DNA of 64,000 bases, taken from assembly GCA_963677595.1 (NCBI GenBank), contig OY782041.1:832001-896000 (forward strand). Reading direction: 5' to 3'. The stretch is from Spirochaetia bacterium (GTDB lineage Bacteria > Spirochaetota > Spirochaetia > CAKZLE01). Positions 20,253 through 30,595 of this stretch are shown here, piece after piece (position 1 is the first letter of the stretch; each line of letters opens with the position of its first letter). The position numbers and the translations under genes are program-made. The notes beneath the pieces are model-generated. The model saw nothing but the letters and a program-made list of their open reading frames with translations. It was not told the origin of the DNA and ran no database searches.

Positions 20253-20492
20253 ATGAAGATAACGATAGACACAACCAGGTGCGCCGGGTGCAGCATCTGC
20301 CACCATATGGCTCCCACACTCTTCAGGATGAACGGCTACCATGCAGAGATCCCCCAGGATATGGTGGACCGACTGCAGACCGACGAGATCCTTCAGCATA
20401 AGCTCCAGGAGATCCTGGAGACCTGCCCTGCAGGCGCTATCTCGGTCACATATGAGGAAGGTAACGGTCCTTCCCCAACAGACAAGGAATAG
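20253..20492 (+). CDS. Single-cluster ferredoxin
   Basis: CAGCSIC...CPAGAI. Confidence 0.85.
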   Translation: MKITIDTTRCAGCSICHHMAPTLFRMNGYHAEIPQDMVDRLQTDEILQHKLQEILETCPAGAISVTYEEGNGPSPTDKE

Positions 20493-20571
20493 GGCTTAGT
20501 TCCGACGCCCTGCTCCCGTATCCTGTGGTAATCGTTCACGACAGGCAGAGGTGTGCTCTCCCTGTCTTCCC

Positions 20572-21402
20572 CTAGCTCCCGTTGACCGACCTGACGAACC
20601 TGAGAACCCCCTGGATCTCACCCTCGGAGAATTCCCTCGGGATGATGATCGGATAGTTCTCGCCGGGAGGCAGAAGCACTCCCTGCTCCAAGGCCTTCTT
20701 GAAGACCTCGATATAGGCCGCCGAATCAAGTCCGGTATGTATATACGGTCCACGCCGGTCCCACTCTAGCAGGTCCAGCATCCTCTGGAACTCCGACCCG
20801 TACCCGACCGAACTGTGCATCGTCCTGATCAAGGCGGATATCGTCTTGATCAAGACATCGATCAGGAAAGGCGAGAGCATGTCAGACGGGGGCAGCTTCT
20901 CAAGCAGTTCCGTATTGCCGACACATACCACGTACGGAGCAAAACTCCCTGGGAAAGGGAAGATTGGCAGGAGTAAGTCTGGCTTGACTTGCTGCTCCGG
21001 TATGAATGGCCTCCAATACATGATCTGCCCGCTGGTGCTCGAGGTTATCGCGGGGTCGAGGGTCTGGGATCCCCGTATCCGTTTCCCGAGCGCCAGGGAG
21101 ACAGCCTCCATGGCCCGTTCTCTATTCGCATACAAACGAAATACTGGATAATCAGTGAACATGAGTTTTAATATTTTTTCAAGCCTTCCATCGTAGATTG
21201 AAGGATATTCTGCAAATAATCCTCGTGCTATGGTCGACTTGACCGCCTGGGATAATCCCGGGGGCCGGTGACCGAGGATAGCCCTCCCGTTGTTCTGGTA
21301 GAGATCGATATACCTCCGGCCTTTCCGGTCATATAATCGGTATCCCCTCGAACGGACGATGATGGGCATGGTATATGCATCTGAGTTCACTGATCTTCCC
21401 AT
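20572..21402 (-). CDS. Hypothetical protein resembling a shortened class-III aminotransferase
   Basis: RSRGYRLYDRKGRRYIDL...ILGH matches the class-III N-terminus; only ~276 aa and no DE/K PLP motifs seen. Confidence 0.6.
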   Translation of the reverse strand: MGRSVNSDAYTMPIIVRSRGYRLYDRKGRRYIDLYQNNGRAILGHRPPGLSQAVKSTIARGLFAEYPSIYDGRLEKILKLMFTDYPVFRLYANRERAMEAVSLALGKRIRGSQTLDPAITSSTSGQIMYWRPFIPEQQVKPDLLLPIFPFPGSFAPYVVCVGNTELLEKLPPSDMLSPFLIDVLIKTISALIRTMHSSVGYGSEFQRMLDLLEWDRRGPYIHTGLDSAAYIEVFKKALEQGVLLPPGENYPIIIPREFSEGEIQGVLRFVRSVNGS

Positions 21403-21412
21403 GGTGTGTATC

Positions 21413-23611
21413 CTACCAGTCCTTCGCGATTTTCTCAAGCGGTGCATACTTCGGGAGGAACGTCTTTTCCCCTCCCGACTCGAACCTCACGACGACCATC
21501 TCCCGGCCGCTCTGCATTCTCGAACTCATGACATAGCCGGTACCATACTCATTATGGTAGACCTTGTCCCCCCGGGCATACTCGCCTTCCTGTGCAGCGG
21601 CCTGCTGGGTCCTGTCGGCATTCAGCCTCCTGGCGAAAGATGACGGTTCGCGGTGGCCGGTATCCCGGTAGCCGTGACTGTAGCCGGCATCCTGTCCGGG
21701 GAATCCTCCCTGAGCGCGTCCCGAGCGCTGCACATGCTCATCAGGCAGTTCGGAGAGGAACCTCGAGGGCATCTGGTACTGCGTGCGGCCCCACATCGAG
21801 CGTCGATGGCAGGCGGTGAAGTAGAGCTCGTCCCGTGCCCGGGTGATGCTGACATAGAAGATCCGCCGCTCCTCCTCGATATCCTCGTCACTCTCGTTCG
21901 CCCGTCCGGGGAAGAGGCCTTCCTCCATCCCGGATATGACCACCCGGTCGAACTCGAGACCCTTGGTGTTATGCATCGTGATCAGAGTGACTCCCGGCTG
22001 GTCTATGGGGTTTCGGTCCCCCACCGTTGAGGGGTCGAGCTGGAGGGTCTCGAGGAATGAGACGAGCCCGGCCCGGCCCTGCGGGTAGAGTGCCACGGCA
22101 TTGACGAACTCCTCGAGGTTGAGCAGCTTCTGCGTGGATGCGATCTTGTCCTGCTGCCGGTAATGCTCGATCACCCCGAAGTCATCGAGGGCTCCCTTGG
22201 TGAACTCGGCGAGATCTGCGCTCTCGAGTCTCCCCGTCATCCGCCCATACGCATCGAGGAACTCAGCAGCCCCGCTCTTAGCTTTCCCCTTGAGCGTATG
22301 CTCAAGGGCAGAAGAGAGTCCTGCGATGCAGTCTCCCTGCTGCATGGCTCCAGCGGCAATGATCTTCTCGAGGGAGGTCGCACCGATCCCGCGGGGCGGC
22401 TTGTTGACCACCCGCCTGAAGGCGACCTCGTCTGCCGGGTTGAGGCAGAGCGAGAGCAGGGCCAGGGCATCCTTGACCTCTTCCCGCTCGTAGAACTTCA
22501 GAGCCCCGATGATCTTGTAGGGGATCTTCCGCTTCATGAAGATCGTCTCGAAGGGTGCTGACTGTGCATTGGTCCGGTAGAGGATCGCGGTATCATCATA
22601 GCGGTGGTCCCGCGAGACCAGGTCGGCACAGTACTGCGCCTCGGCGAACTGGTCCTCGAAGAAGGTGAGAGCCGCCTTCTTCCCGTCCTCCCGGTCGGTC
22701 CTCAGGACCTTGCCGTGCCGGCCGGTATTGTTCTTCACCACCTCCGAGGCGATCGCGAGGATCGTCCCGGTAGAGCGGTAGTTCTGTTCGAGCTTGATGA
22801 TCCGGGTATCGGGAAAGTGGTCGGGGAAGGTCAGGATGTTCCTGAGCTCCGCCCCCCTGAACCGGTAGATCGACTGGTCGTCGTCACCGACGACACAGAG
22901 AAAAGATTTCGGGCTGTAGAGCTGCTGCAGCAGCATGAACTGGGCAGCATTGGAGTCCTGGTACTCATCGACGAGGATGACCCTGAACCGCATGCAGACC
23001 CGCCTGCGGATCTCAGGGTTATGCTTGAGGAGCTCCACGCTCTTCTTGATCAAGTCCCCGAAATCAGCATTGCCCACCGAACGCATCTTCTTCTCATAGG
23101 CTGCATACATGGCCGGAAAGCGCGGATCGAAGGTGACACTGGTGAGGTCATCCTCAGGAGTGAGGCAGTAGTCCTTTGCCCGGCTGATCCACTTCGCATA
23201 GGGTTTGAGCTCCTTGCGCTTGAAGTCCGGGTGGAGGCTGTGCAGCAGGGTCACCGCATCCTCATCGTCATAGATCGTGAAGTGGTCCGAGAGTCCCGCC
23301 TCGACAGAGAAACTGCGCAGGAGCCATGCCCCAAAGGCATGGAAGGTACGGACCATGGTATGCTCCGCACCCTCGGTCATGGTACTGAGGCGCTCCTTCA
23401 TCTCGAGGGCAGCCTTGTTGGTGAAGGTCACGGCAAGGATGGAACGCGGATCGCAGCCGAGTTCCTCGATGAAGTAGGCGATCTTGGTCGTGATCACCCT
23501 GGTCTTGCCTGACCCGGCACCGGCCAGCACCAGCAGGGGATGGGTATGTTCGAGCACAGCTTCCCGCTGCTGCTCGTTGAGCATCGCGAGATACTCTTCG
23601 GTATGTTTCAT
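21413..23611 (-). CDS. pcrA: UvrD/PcrA ATP-dependent DNA helicase
   Basis: AGAGSGKT, TFTNKAA, VDEYQD, GDDDQSIYRFRGA, NYRST, KGLEF, EEERRIFYVSITRA, C-terminal GDKVYH Tudor-like domain. Confidence 0.93.
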   Translation of the reverse strand: MKHTEEYLAMLNEQQREAVLEHTHPLLVLAGAGSGKTRVITTKIAYFIEELGCDPRSILAVTFTNKAALEMKERLSTMTEGAEHTMVRTFHAFGAWLLRSFSVEAGLSDHFTIYDDEDAVTLLHSLHPDFKRKELKPYAKWISRAKDYCLTPEDDLTSVTFDPRFPAMYAAYEKKMRSVGNADFGDLIKKSVELLKHNPEIRRRVCMRFRVILVDEYQDSNAAQFMLLQQLYSPKSFLCVVGDDDQSIYRFRGAELRNILTFPDHFPDTRIIKLEQNYRSTGTILAIASEVVKNNTGRHGKVLRTDREDGKKAALTFFEDQFAEAQYCADLVSRDHRYDDTAILYRTNAQSAPFETIFMKRKIPYKIIGALKFYEREEVKDALALLSLCLNPADEVAFRRVVNKPPRGIGATSLEKIIAAGAMQQGDCIAGLSSALEHTLKGKAKSGAAEFLDAYGRMTGRLESADLAEFTKGALDDFGVIEHYRQQDKIASTQKLLNLEEFVNAVALYPQGRAGLVSFLETLQLDPSTVGDRNPIDQPGVTLITMHNTKGLEFDRVVISGMEEGLFPGRANESDEDIEEERRIFYVSITRARDELYFTACHRRSMWGRTQYQMPSRFLSELPDEHVQRSGRAQGGFPGQDAGYSHGYRDTGHREPSSFARRLNADRTQQAAAQEGEYARGDKVYHNEYGTGYVMSSRMQSGREMVVVRFESGGEKTFLPKYAPLEKIAKDW

Positions 23612-23612
23612 A

Positions 23613-24953
23613 TCAGGCCCCCTGCACCGGCACGGCTTCCAGGTCGATCCCGACGGTGCGGGTGATCCTGCACCTGATGAGATCCCCCGGTTCTCCCGTC
23701 TCGGAGAGCACGACGGTGAGACCGTCGACCTCTGGTGCCTGCATGGGGATGCGCCCGATCAGGAGGTCCTCATGGGGGATGACCTCCTCGATAAGGACGT
23801 CGAACTCCCGCCCTACCCAGCGCTCTAGCCGTTCGTTAGTGATCCGTTCCTGCAGCTCCTCAAGCCTTGGCTTGAAGGCTTCAGCCTCGGCAATGACTTC
23901 CTCATGGGTCGACTCATCCCGATCGGTGAAGGCAGGGGTCCCCTCCTCCAGCGAGTAGATGAAGCTCCCGACCCAGTCGAGCTGTGCGGATGCTATGAAG
24001 TCGAGGAGCTCCTGCCGTGCTTGTTCATCTTCGTTCACGAACCCGAGCAGGAAGGTCGAGCGGATGACTGCGTCAGGCAGTTCCTGCCTGATGGATTCGA
24101 GGAGCTTCAGGTAGGACTCGGCACTCCCGGTCCTCCCCATCTTCCGCAGCACGGGAACAGCCGCATGCTGGAAGGGGATATCGAAATAGGGGATGATCCG
24201 CTCCCGCTCCTTCACCAGGGCTGGGAGTTCAGCCGGGAAGTCATCGGGGTGGATATAGAGCATCCTGATGATGAATTTTCCTGGCAGCAGGGACATCTCA
24301 TCGAGCAGCTCCATGAACTCAGGGGCTCCCCGGTCCTTCCCGAAGGCTGCGAGGTCCTGGGCGATGAGGTTGATCTCATAGACGCCCTTGTCAACGAGCT
24401 CTTTGACTTCATCAAGCACCTGTTCCCTGGTCCTCGAGCGCAGGCCGCCCCTGATCAGGGGGATGGCGCAGTACCGGCACCGATGGTCACAGCCCTCGGA
24501 GAGTTTGACATAAGCAGAGCCTGCGAAGTTGAGCAGTTTATCGCGATGCATGTACTCACGTCCTGAGATGTCCGGGTAGTCAGGGAGGGAGACGACATGC
24601 TCGCCCGCCTCGATCCTGTCGGCGACCTCCGTGATCTTCCCGAGGTCCCGGTTGCCGAAGAAACCGTCTACCTCGGAGAACTCCTCAGAGATCTCTGTCG
24701 CATACCGCTCGGAGAGGCAGCCGGTCATGACGATCTTCTTCTCCGGGTAGGCCTCCCTCAGCTCGAAGATCGTGTCGATCGACTCGATCCTCGCAGGTTC
24801 TATGAACCCGCAGGTATTGACGAGGATGAGGTCGGCTTCCTCAGCCGTCTCGGAATATATCCAGTGCCCGCTCTCGGTCAGGCTCTCGAGCATGACCTCC
24901 GCATCGACCTGGTTCTTGGCGCAGCCAAGGTTTTCGATATAGAATTTTTTCAT
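23613..24953 (-). CDS. rimO: Ribosomal protein S12 methylthiotransferase
   Basis: LGCAKNQVD, NTCGFIEPA, SEGCDHRCRYCAIP (radical SAM), QAPEVDG (TRAM). Confidence 0.95.
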   Translation of the reverse strand: MKKFYIENLGCAKNQVDAEVMLESLTESGHWIYSETAEEADLILVNTCGFIEPARIESIDTIFELREAYPEKKIVMTGCLSERYATEISEEFSEVDGFFGNRDLGKITEVADRIEAGEHVVSLPDYPDISGREYMHRDKLLNFAGSAYVKLSEGCDHRCRYCAIPLIRGGLRSRTREQVLDEVKELVDKGVYEINLIAQDLAAFGKDRGAPEFMELLDEMSLLPGKFIIRMLYIHPDDFPAELPALVKERERIIPYFDIPFQHAAVPVLRKMGRTGSAESYLKLLESIRQELPDAVIRSTFLLGFVNEDEQARQELLDFIASAQLDWVGSFIYSLEEGTPAFTDRDESTHEEVIAEAEAFKPRLEELQERITNERLERWVGREFDVLIEEVIPHEDLLIGRIPMQAPEVDGLTVVLSETGEPGDLIRCRITRTVGIDLEAVPVQGA

Positions 24954-25212
24954 GCTGCTATCTTCCTCTATTGTCCGGGCTTGGTCAATAGAGGCCAGGA
25001 TGCCAATCTATTACCTGCCGTCAAAGAGATTACACCTGATTGAAAGTTGAGGATCGCCTTTCGATTCAGCGAGAACGAGTCTTCACCCTTTTCTATGGGG
25101 TTCTGTCAGCATCAGTGGTATAATGTTGAAATAAATCATGTTTTGTATTAGGATCGACAGGTTACCTGTAATGCTACGCATGGCATGCAAAATCTTACAA
25201 CGAGGAAAGTCT

Positions 25213-26142
25213 ATGACTAAATACATCATCAGACGCTTGCTCGGAATGATACCAACGCTTTTGATCATCATTACCATCAGCTTTTTTATCATCCGAATTG
25301 CCCCCGGCGGTCCCTTTGACTCCGAGAAGGTACTTCCCGAGCAAGTTATGCAGAATATCGAGGCCAAATACCACCTCGATGAACCACTGGTCGTCCAGTA
25401 CGGACGATACCTGTTCGATATTCTCAGAGGCGATCTGGGGCCATCCTACCGGTACCAGGACCATGACGTGAACTTCTATATCTTTTCCAGCCTGCCTAAC
25501 TCGATACTTCTCGGGCTCATCGCCCTTACCATCGCCATCATCTTCGGCATCAGTGCCGGCATGCTCTCGGCGGTGAGACAGAACACCTGGGTGGACTACA
25601 CGTCCATGTCGATCGCTATCGTGGGGATATCGGTCCCGCTCTTCGTCATCGGGCCGGTCCTGCAATGGATCTTCGCCATGAAGCTCGGCTGGCTGCCGAC
25701 CTCCGGCTGGATCGACACCGACTTCGGTGCGAAGACGCTCATCCTCCCGGCGATCACCCTCTCGCTCGGGTACTTCGCCAACATCGCGCGGCTCATGCGC
25801 TCGAGTATGCTCGAGACCTTGAGGAGCGACTATATCAGGACTGCGAAGGCAAAGGGACTGAAGAACTCAGTCATCCTCTTCAAGCATACCCTCAAAGGGG
25901 CACTGCTCCCCGTCGTCAGCTACCTCGGGCCGGCCTTTGCCGGTATCATAACCGGGTCTGTCGTCGTCGAGCAGATCTTCCGTATACCGGGGCTGGGGAA
26001 GTTCTTCGTCCAGTCATCGTTCAACCGTGATTATACCCTGATCATGGGAGTAGTTATCGTCTATTCGGCGATCCTCATCGTCATGAACTTCATCGTCGAT
26101 ATCATCTACTCCTTCCTCGATCCGAGAATCTCATATAAATAG
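25213..26142 (+). CDS. oppB: Oligopeptide ABC transporter permease OppB
   Basis: MTKYIIRRL, APGGPF, GDLGPS, YIRTAKAKGL, LDPRI; start 25213 follows GAGGA. Confidence 0.93.
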   Translation: MTKYIIRRLLGMIPTLLIIITISFFIIRIAPGGPFDSEKVLPEQVMQNIEAKYHLDEPLVVQYGRYLFDILRGDLGPSYRYQDHDVNFYIFSSLPNSILLGLIALTIAIIFGISAGMLSAVRQNTWVDYTSMSIAIVGISVPLFVIGPVLQWIFAMKLGWLPTSGWIDTDFGAKTLILPAITLSLGYFANIARLMRSSMLETLRSDYIRTAKAKGLKNSVILFKHTLKGALLPVVSYLGPAFAGIITGSVVVEQIFRIPGLGKFFVQSSFNRDYTLIMGVVIVYSAILIVMNFIVDIIYSFLDPRISYK

Positions 26143-26152
26143 GAGTCAGACA

Positions 26153-27730
26153 TTGGCAATGTTTAAAAGAACAAAAACAACTGCGGTCAATGAATTTGAC
26201 CAGGAGATTCAGGGGAACAGTCTCAGCAAGGACGCCTGGAAGAGACTGAAGAAGAACAAGATGGCAGTCGCCAGTATCGTGGTCGTCATCATCTATGCCT
26301 TCCTCGCCATCTTCGCATCGGTACTGCCGATCTACTCCTACAAGGAGATCATCCTCGACCACCAGCACCTGAGGCCTTCACTCACAAAGACAGCCGGCGA
26401 GCTGATGCTCGAGAAGACCAAGAAGGATATTTACTTCAAAGCCTATAAAGCCGGCAGGGTCGAGATCCCCGCCGAGGACAAGGAAGCATTGAAGGAGATG
26501 TCCCCGAACCAGATCTGGGACTACTTCTATGAGATCGGCGAATCCGGCGGGATCGAATTGAATGCCGCTGAGACCAGGAAGCTCGAGAAGATGGTAGAGG
26601 ACATAGCCACCGAGCTCATGTTCGACATCAAGCGGGTCAACTTCCTCACCGATGCAGGCAAGACCGTGAACATCACCAAGCTCTCCGTCGATGAGCTCGT
26701 GACCATCTATGCCGACCTCCTCGGAGTCGATGAAGCTCCAGTACTTGCCCAGAGCGAGAAGGAGGTGAACCTCCAGGTCACCAACCAGACCAAGGTCATC
26801 AATGACGGTGTCTCAGACGAGGAGATGGAGGTGCTCATCGCAGAGAGGTTGGAGAATCTCTCCGAGAAGGAGCGCAATGCCCTGCTCGTCACGACCCTCG
26901 CCAGCAAGATCGAGTACTCGGTCGAGATGGTAGCTGAGGAGGACCTTGATGCTATCGTCCAGGAAGGAACTGCTAAGTTCCCGCTCAAGAAGGACGTCCA
27001 GGTCACCGACAGGCTCTCCGCGACGGTCAAGGCTACCAAGATGCATGACCGGCGATACTACTTCGGGACCGACTACTCCGGACGTGACATGCTATCCCGT
27101 ATCATCTACGGCGGGCAGGTCTCCATCGCCATCGGCTTCATCGGGACCATCACCTCGGTGCTCATCGGTATCGTGGTCGGGGCATTCGCCGGCTACATGG
27201 GCGGCAAGGTCGACTACATCCTCATGCGTATCGTTGACATCATCTACGGCCTGCCCTACATGCTGCTGGTCATCATCATGATGGCGATCTTCGGACGAAA
27301 CATCCTCAACCTCTTCCTGGCACTTGCGGTCGTCAGCTGGCTGACCGTTGCCCGAATGGTACGTGGACAGATCATCTCCCTGAAGAACTCGGAATTCATC
27401 GAGGCAGCACGATCCATGGGAGCTTCCACTCCGAGGATCATCTTCCGACACCTGGTCCCCAACTCATTGAGTGTCATCATCGTCTTCTCCACGTTGAGAA
27501 TACCGGCGTTCATCATGATGGAATCATTCCTCTCGTTCCTCGGGCTCGGTGTCTCGGCACCTTATGCTTCCTGGGGATCTCTGGTCGGTGACGCGGTCGA
27601 GGGCATGACCCTCTACCCCTGGCGTCTCTTCTTCCCCGCTGCCGCGATGACGATCTTCCTCTTCGCCATGAACTTCCTCGGTGACGGGCTCAGGGACGCA
27701 TTCGACCCGCAGAGCAAGAACCAGTTATAA
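26153..27730 (+). CDS. oppC: Oligopeptide ABC transporter permease OppC with a large insertion
   Basis: DAWKRLKKNKMA, FGTDYSGRD, EFIEAARSMGA, GDGLRDAFDP; 525 aa. Confidence 0.9.
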   Translation: MAMFKRTKTTAVNEFDQEIQGNSLSKDAWKRLKKNKMAVASIVVVIIYAFLAIFASVLPIYSYKEIILDHQHLRPSLTKTAGELMLEKTKKDIYFKAYKAGRVEIPAEDKEALKEMSPNQIWDYFYEIGESGGIELNAAETRKLEKMVEDIATELMFDIKRVNFLTDAGKTVNITKLSVDELVTIYADLLGVDEAPVLAQSEKEVNLQVTNQTKVINDGVSDEEMEVLIAERLENLSEKERNALLVTTLASKIEYSVEMVAEEDLDAIVQEGTAKFPLKKDVQVTDRLSATVKATKMHDRRYYFGTDYSGRDMLSRIIYGGQVSIAIGFIGTITSVLIGIVVGAFAGYMGGKVDYILMRIVDIIYGLPYMLLVIIMMAIFGRNILNLFLALAVVSWLTVARMVRGQIISLKNSEFIEAARSMGASTPRIIFRHLVPNSLSVIIVFSTLRIPAFIMMESFLSFLGLGVSAPYASWGSLVGDAVEGMTLYPWRLFFPAAAMTIFLFAMNFLGDGLRDAFDPQSKNQL

Positions 27731-27742
27731 GGAGAGCCGAAC

Positions 27743-28741
27743 GTGGAAAACAACAAAGAGAAGATTTTAGAGGTCAAAGGCCTCCAGACATATTTCAAGA
27801 CAGACAGCGGGGTGGTGAAAGCCGTGGACGGCGTCTCCTTCGACCTCTACCGGGGAGAGACCCTCGGTATCGTTGGTGAGTCGGGCTGCGGAAAATCAGT
27901 CACCAACCTCTCGATCATGAAGCTGATCCCCTCACCTCCTGGAAAGATCGTGGGCGGGGAGGTCATCTTCCAAGGAAAGGACATCATCAAGCTGCCTGAG
28001 GACAAGCTGCGCAAGATCCGGGGGAACAGTATCTCGATGATCTTCCAGGACCCGATGACGAGCCTCAACCCCTTCCTCAAGATCTCGACCCAGATGATCG
28101 AGACCATCATCCTGCACCAGGACATGAGCAAGGCAGAGGCAAAGAAGAAAGCCATCGAGATGCTCAAGCTCGTAGGCATACCTGCCGCTGAGAAGCGGAT
28201 AGACAACTATCCACACCAGTTCTCCGGCGGTATGAGGCAGCGTGTCATGATCGCCATGGCCCTCAGCTGCAATGCTGACATCCTCATCGCCGATGAGCCT
28301 ACGACGGCTCTCGACGTGACCATCCAGGCGCAGATCCTCGAGCTCATCGACGAGCTCTCCAAGAAGCTCAACACGGCGGTCATCATGATCACCCACGACC
28401 TTGGCGTCGTGGCCGGCATGTGCGAGAAGGTCTGCGTCATGTATGCAGGCAGGATCGTGGAGAAGGGAGCTACCGATGCCCTCTTCGCCAACCCGCTTCA
28501 CCCCTACACCTCTGGGCTGATCCAGTCAGTCCCGCGTCTCGACAAGGCAAATCAGGGCAAGCTCTTCTCGATCGAAGGACAGCCGCCGAACCTGATTGAC
28601 CTCCCGGACTGCTGTCCCTTCCATCCGAGATGCGACAAGGCCATGGACATCTGCAGGAACAAGTACCCGACCCTGGAGGCGGCTGAACCGGGCAGGGAAG
28701 TAGCCTGCTGGCTCTACAAGAACAAGGGGGAAGCAAAATGA
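27743..28741 (+). CDS. oppD: Oligopeptide ABC transporter ATPase OppD
   Basis: [28 protein letters not shown], Cys-rich tail. Confidence 0.95.
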   Translation: MENNKEKILEVKGLQTYFKTDSGVVKAVDGVSFDLYRGETLGIVGESGCGKSVTNLSIMKLIPSPPGKIVGGEVIFQGKDIIKLPEDKLRKIRGNSISMIFQDPMTSLNPFLKISTQMIETIILHQDMSKAEAKKKAIEMLKLVGIPAAEKRIDNYPHQFSGGMRQRVMIAMALSCNADILIADEPTTALDVTIQAQILELIDELSKKLNTAVIMITHDLGVVAGMCEKVCVMYAGRIVEKGATDALFANPLHPYTSGLIQSVPRLDKANQGKLFSIEGQPPNLIDLPDCCPFHPRCDKAMDICRNKYPTLEAAEPGREVACWLYKNKGEAK

Positions 28742-29757
28742 GCACGAACACACCGATCCTTGAAGTGAAGGATCTCAAACAGCACTTCCCTATCGAAGAG
28801 GGAGCCATCATCAGGCGACAGGTAGGCGCGATCCGTGCGGTCGACGGAATCTCCTTCACGGTGAACGCCGGGGAGACCCTTGGGATCGTCGGAGAGTCCG
28901 GCTGCGGCAAGTCAACGACAGCCCGTGCCATCGCACAGCTCTATAAGCCAACTGCAGGGGAGGTCCTCTATGAGGGTCAGGACCTGGTAAAGCTCTCCAA
29001 CAAGGAGATGCTGCACATCAGGAAGAACATCCAGATGATCTTCCAGGACCCCTATGCATCCCTCGACTCACGTATGACCGTCCGCAAGATCATTGCTGAA
29101 CCGCTTGAGATCTACAACAGCCGGGGCATCATGAAGATGACTCCTGAGAAGATCGAGCATCGTGTCGAGGAGTTGATGGAACGCGTGGGACTTTCACGCT
29201 TCTACAAGAACCGGTACCCGCATGAGTTCTCGGGAGGCCAGCGGCAGAGGATCGGGATCGCCCGCGCCCTCGCCCTCAACCCCAAGATCATCCTGGCCGA
29301 CGAGCCGGTCAGTGCACTGGATGTTTCCATCCAGTCACAGATTCTCAACCTGCTGACAGAACTCCAGAAAGAGCTCGGGCTGACCTACATCTTCATCGCG
29401 CATGACCTGGCTGTCATCGAGTACATCAGCACGCGGGTGGCCGTCATGTACCTCGGGAAGATCGTCGAGATCTCCGAGTCCAAGGCACTCTACAAGAAGC
29501 CGCTGCACCCTTACACCCAGGCACTGCTCTCCGCGGCACCGATCCCAGATCCGGCGATCGAGAAGAAACGCCAGAGGATCATCCTCACTGGTGATGTACC
29601 GTCTCCCGACCAGGAGCGGTTCGGCTGCTACTTCTATGACCGATGCCCGAAGCGGATGGATCACTGCAAGACGCACATCCCGCCGATGAAGGAGATCGAG
29701 GCGAACCACCAGGTCGCCTGCTGGCTCCATATCGAGGAGAGCGAGTGGCCGGAGTAG
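28738..29757 (+). CDS. oppF: Oligopeptide ABC transporter ATPase OppF
   Basis: [28 protein letters not shown]. Confidence 0.95.
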   Translation: MSTNTPILEVKDLKQHFPIEEGAIIRRQVGAIRAVDGISFTVNAGETLGIVGESGCGKSTTARAIAQLYKPTAGEVLYEGQDLVKLSNKEMLHIRKNIQMIFQDPYASLDSRMTVRKIIAEPLEIYNSRGIMKMTPEKIEHRVEELMERVGLSRFYKNRYPHEFSGGQRQRIGIARALALNPKIILADEPVSALDVSIQSQILNLLTELQKELGLTYIFIAHDLAVIEYISTRVAVMYLGKIVEISESKALYKKPLHPYTQALLSAAPIPDPAIEKKRQRIILTGDVPSPDQERFGCYFYDRCPKRMDHCKTHIPPMKEIEANHQVACWLHIEESEWPE

Positions 29758-29780
29758 CCATACCATAGTCAAGAGTAATC

Positions 29781-29820
29781 AAGGGAGCTGCCTTCTTAAT
29801 CGGAGGCAGCTTTCTTATTT
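29781..29820. terminator. Terminator between convergent genes
   Basis: AAGGGAGCTGCCTTC/GGAGGCAGCTTTCTT stem followed by ATTT. Confidence 0.75.
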
Positions 29821-30351
29821 CTCGATGTCTTCTGTGATCTCCATGTCCTGCGAGAGGGGTTTGCCGCAGTAGGAGGCGATCGTCACGGCGGCCTGTTCGG
29901 TCCGGCCTGCAGACTTCTTGTGCCGTATGATCTCGATGTCGTGGATCTCCCCGGACAGCAGGGTCACGGCATAGGTGGTGTAGAGACGGTTCGCACGGGA
30001 CTTGATCTTCGAGGTCACCTCTTTCTGCCCCTTCTTGAAATGGTTCAACTCGAAAGCCTCGATCTCATTGAAGCTGAATTCCCGCCTCCGAGACAGGAAC
30101 ACCAGTCCGATCCGGTAGGATACCAGCTGCCGTTCACGGTCAAAGACCCACTGTTCCCGGTACCCGGCTGCAAGCAGCATGATCACCACGAAGACCATGG
30201 GCAGCACCATGTTCGAAGTGTCGTTCTCAGAAAGATAGGTGCCGGCACCGATGATGATGACGACCGCGAAGAAGAGGTAGACCGCCCGGAAGAGTCTCCC
30301 GATCCCGTAATAGAGGACCCCGTCTTTTTCTGTCAGGTGGAGTTTGAGCAT
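29815..30351 (-). CDS. Hypothetical membrane protein (2 TM helices plus soluble domain)
   Basis: 178 aa, two hydrophobic helices, genome-typical codon usage. Confidence 0.75.
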   Translation of the reverse strand: MLKLHLTEKDGVLYYGIGRLFRAVYLFFAVVIIIGAGTYLSENDTSNMVLPMVFVVIMLLAAGYREQWVFDRERQLVSYRIGLVFLSRRREFSFNEIEAFELNHFKKGQKEVTSKIKSRANRLYTTYAVTLLSGEIHDIEIIRHKKSAGRTEQAAVTIASYCGKPLSQDMEITEDIEK

Positions 30352-30595
30352 AGAACAGACCTTTTACCCTTAACCTTAATAGAAGTAAACATATGATACC
30401 ATGAAAAGATACAACAATTTACCATTACCGTGCAGGATTTTTGAAAAAAGTGCCGTCACTCACCCAATGAAGATTTTCCCTGCATACAAATGAGTAAGAA
30501 TTTATATCGGAGGCGTTAAAAAATCAATTTTCACTTGCTTATTTGCGTATTTTGTCTTAACCTTAACTCTGAGGAAAAAAATTTATTAAGGAGAC

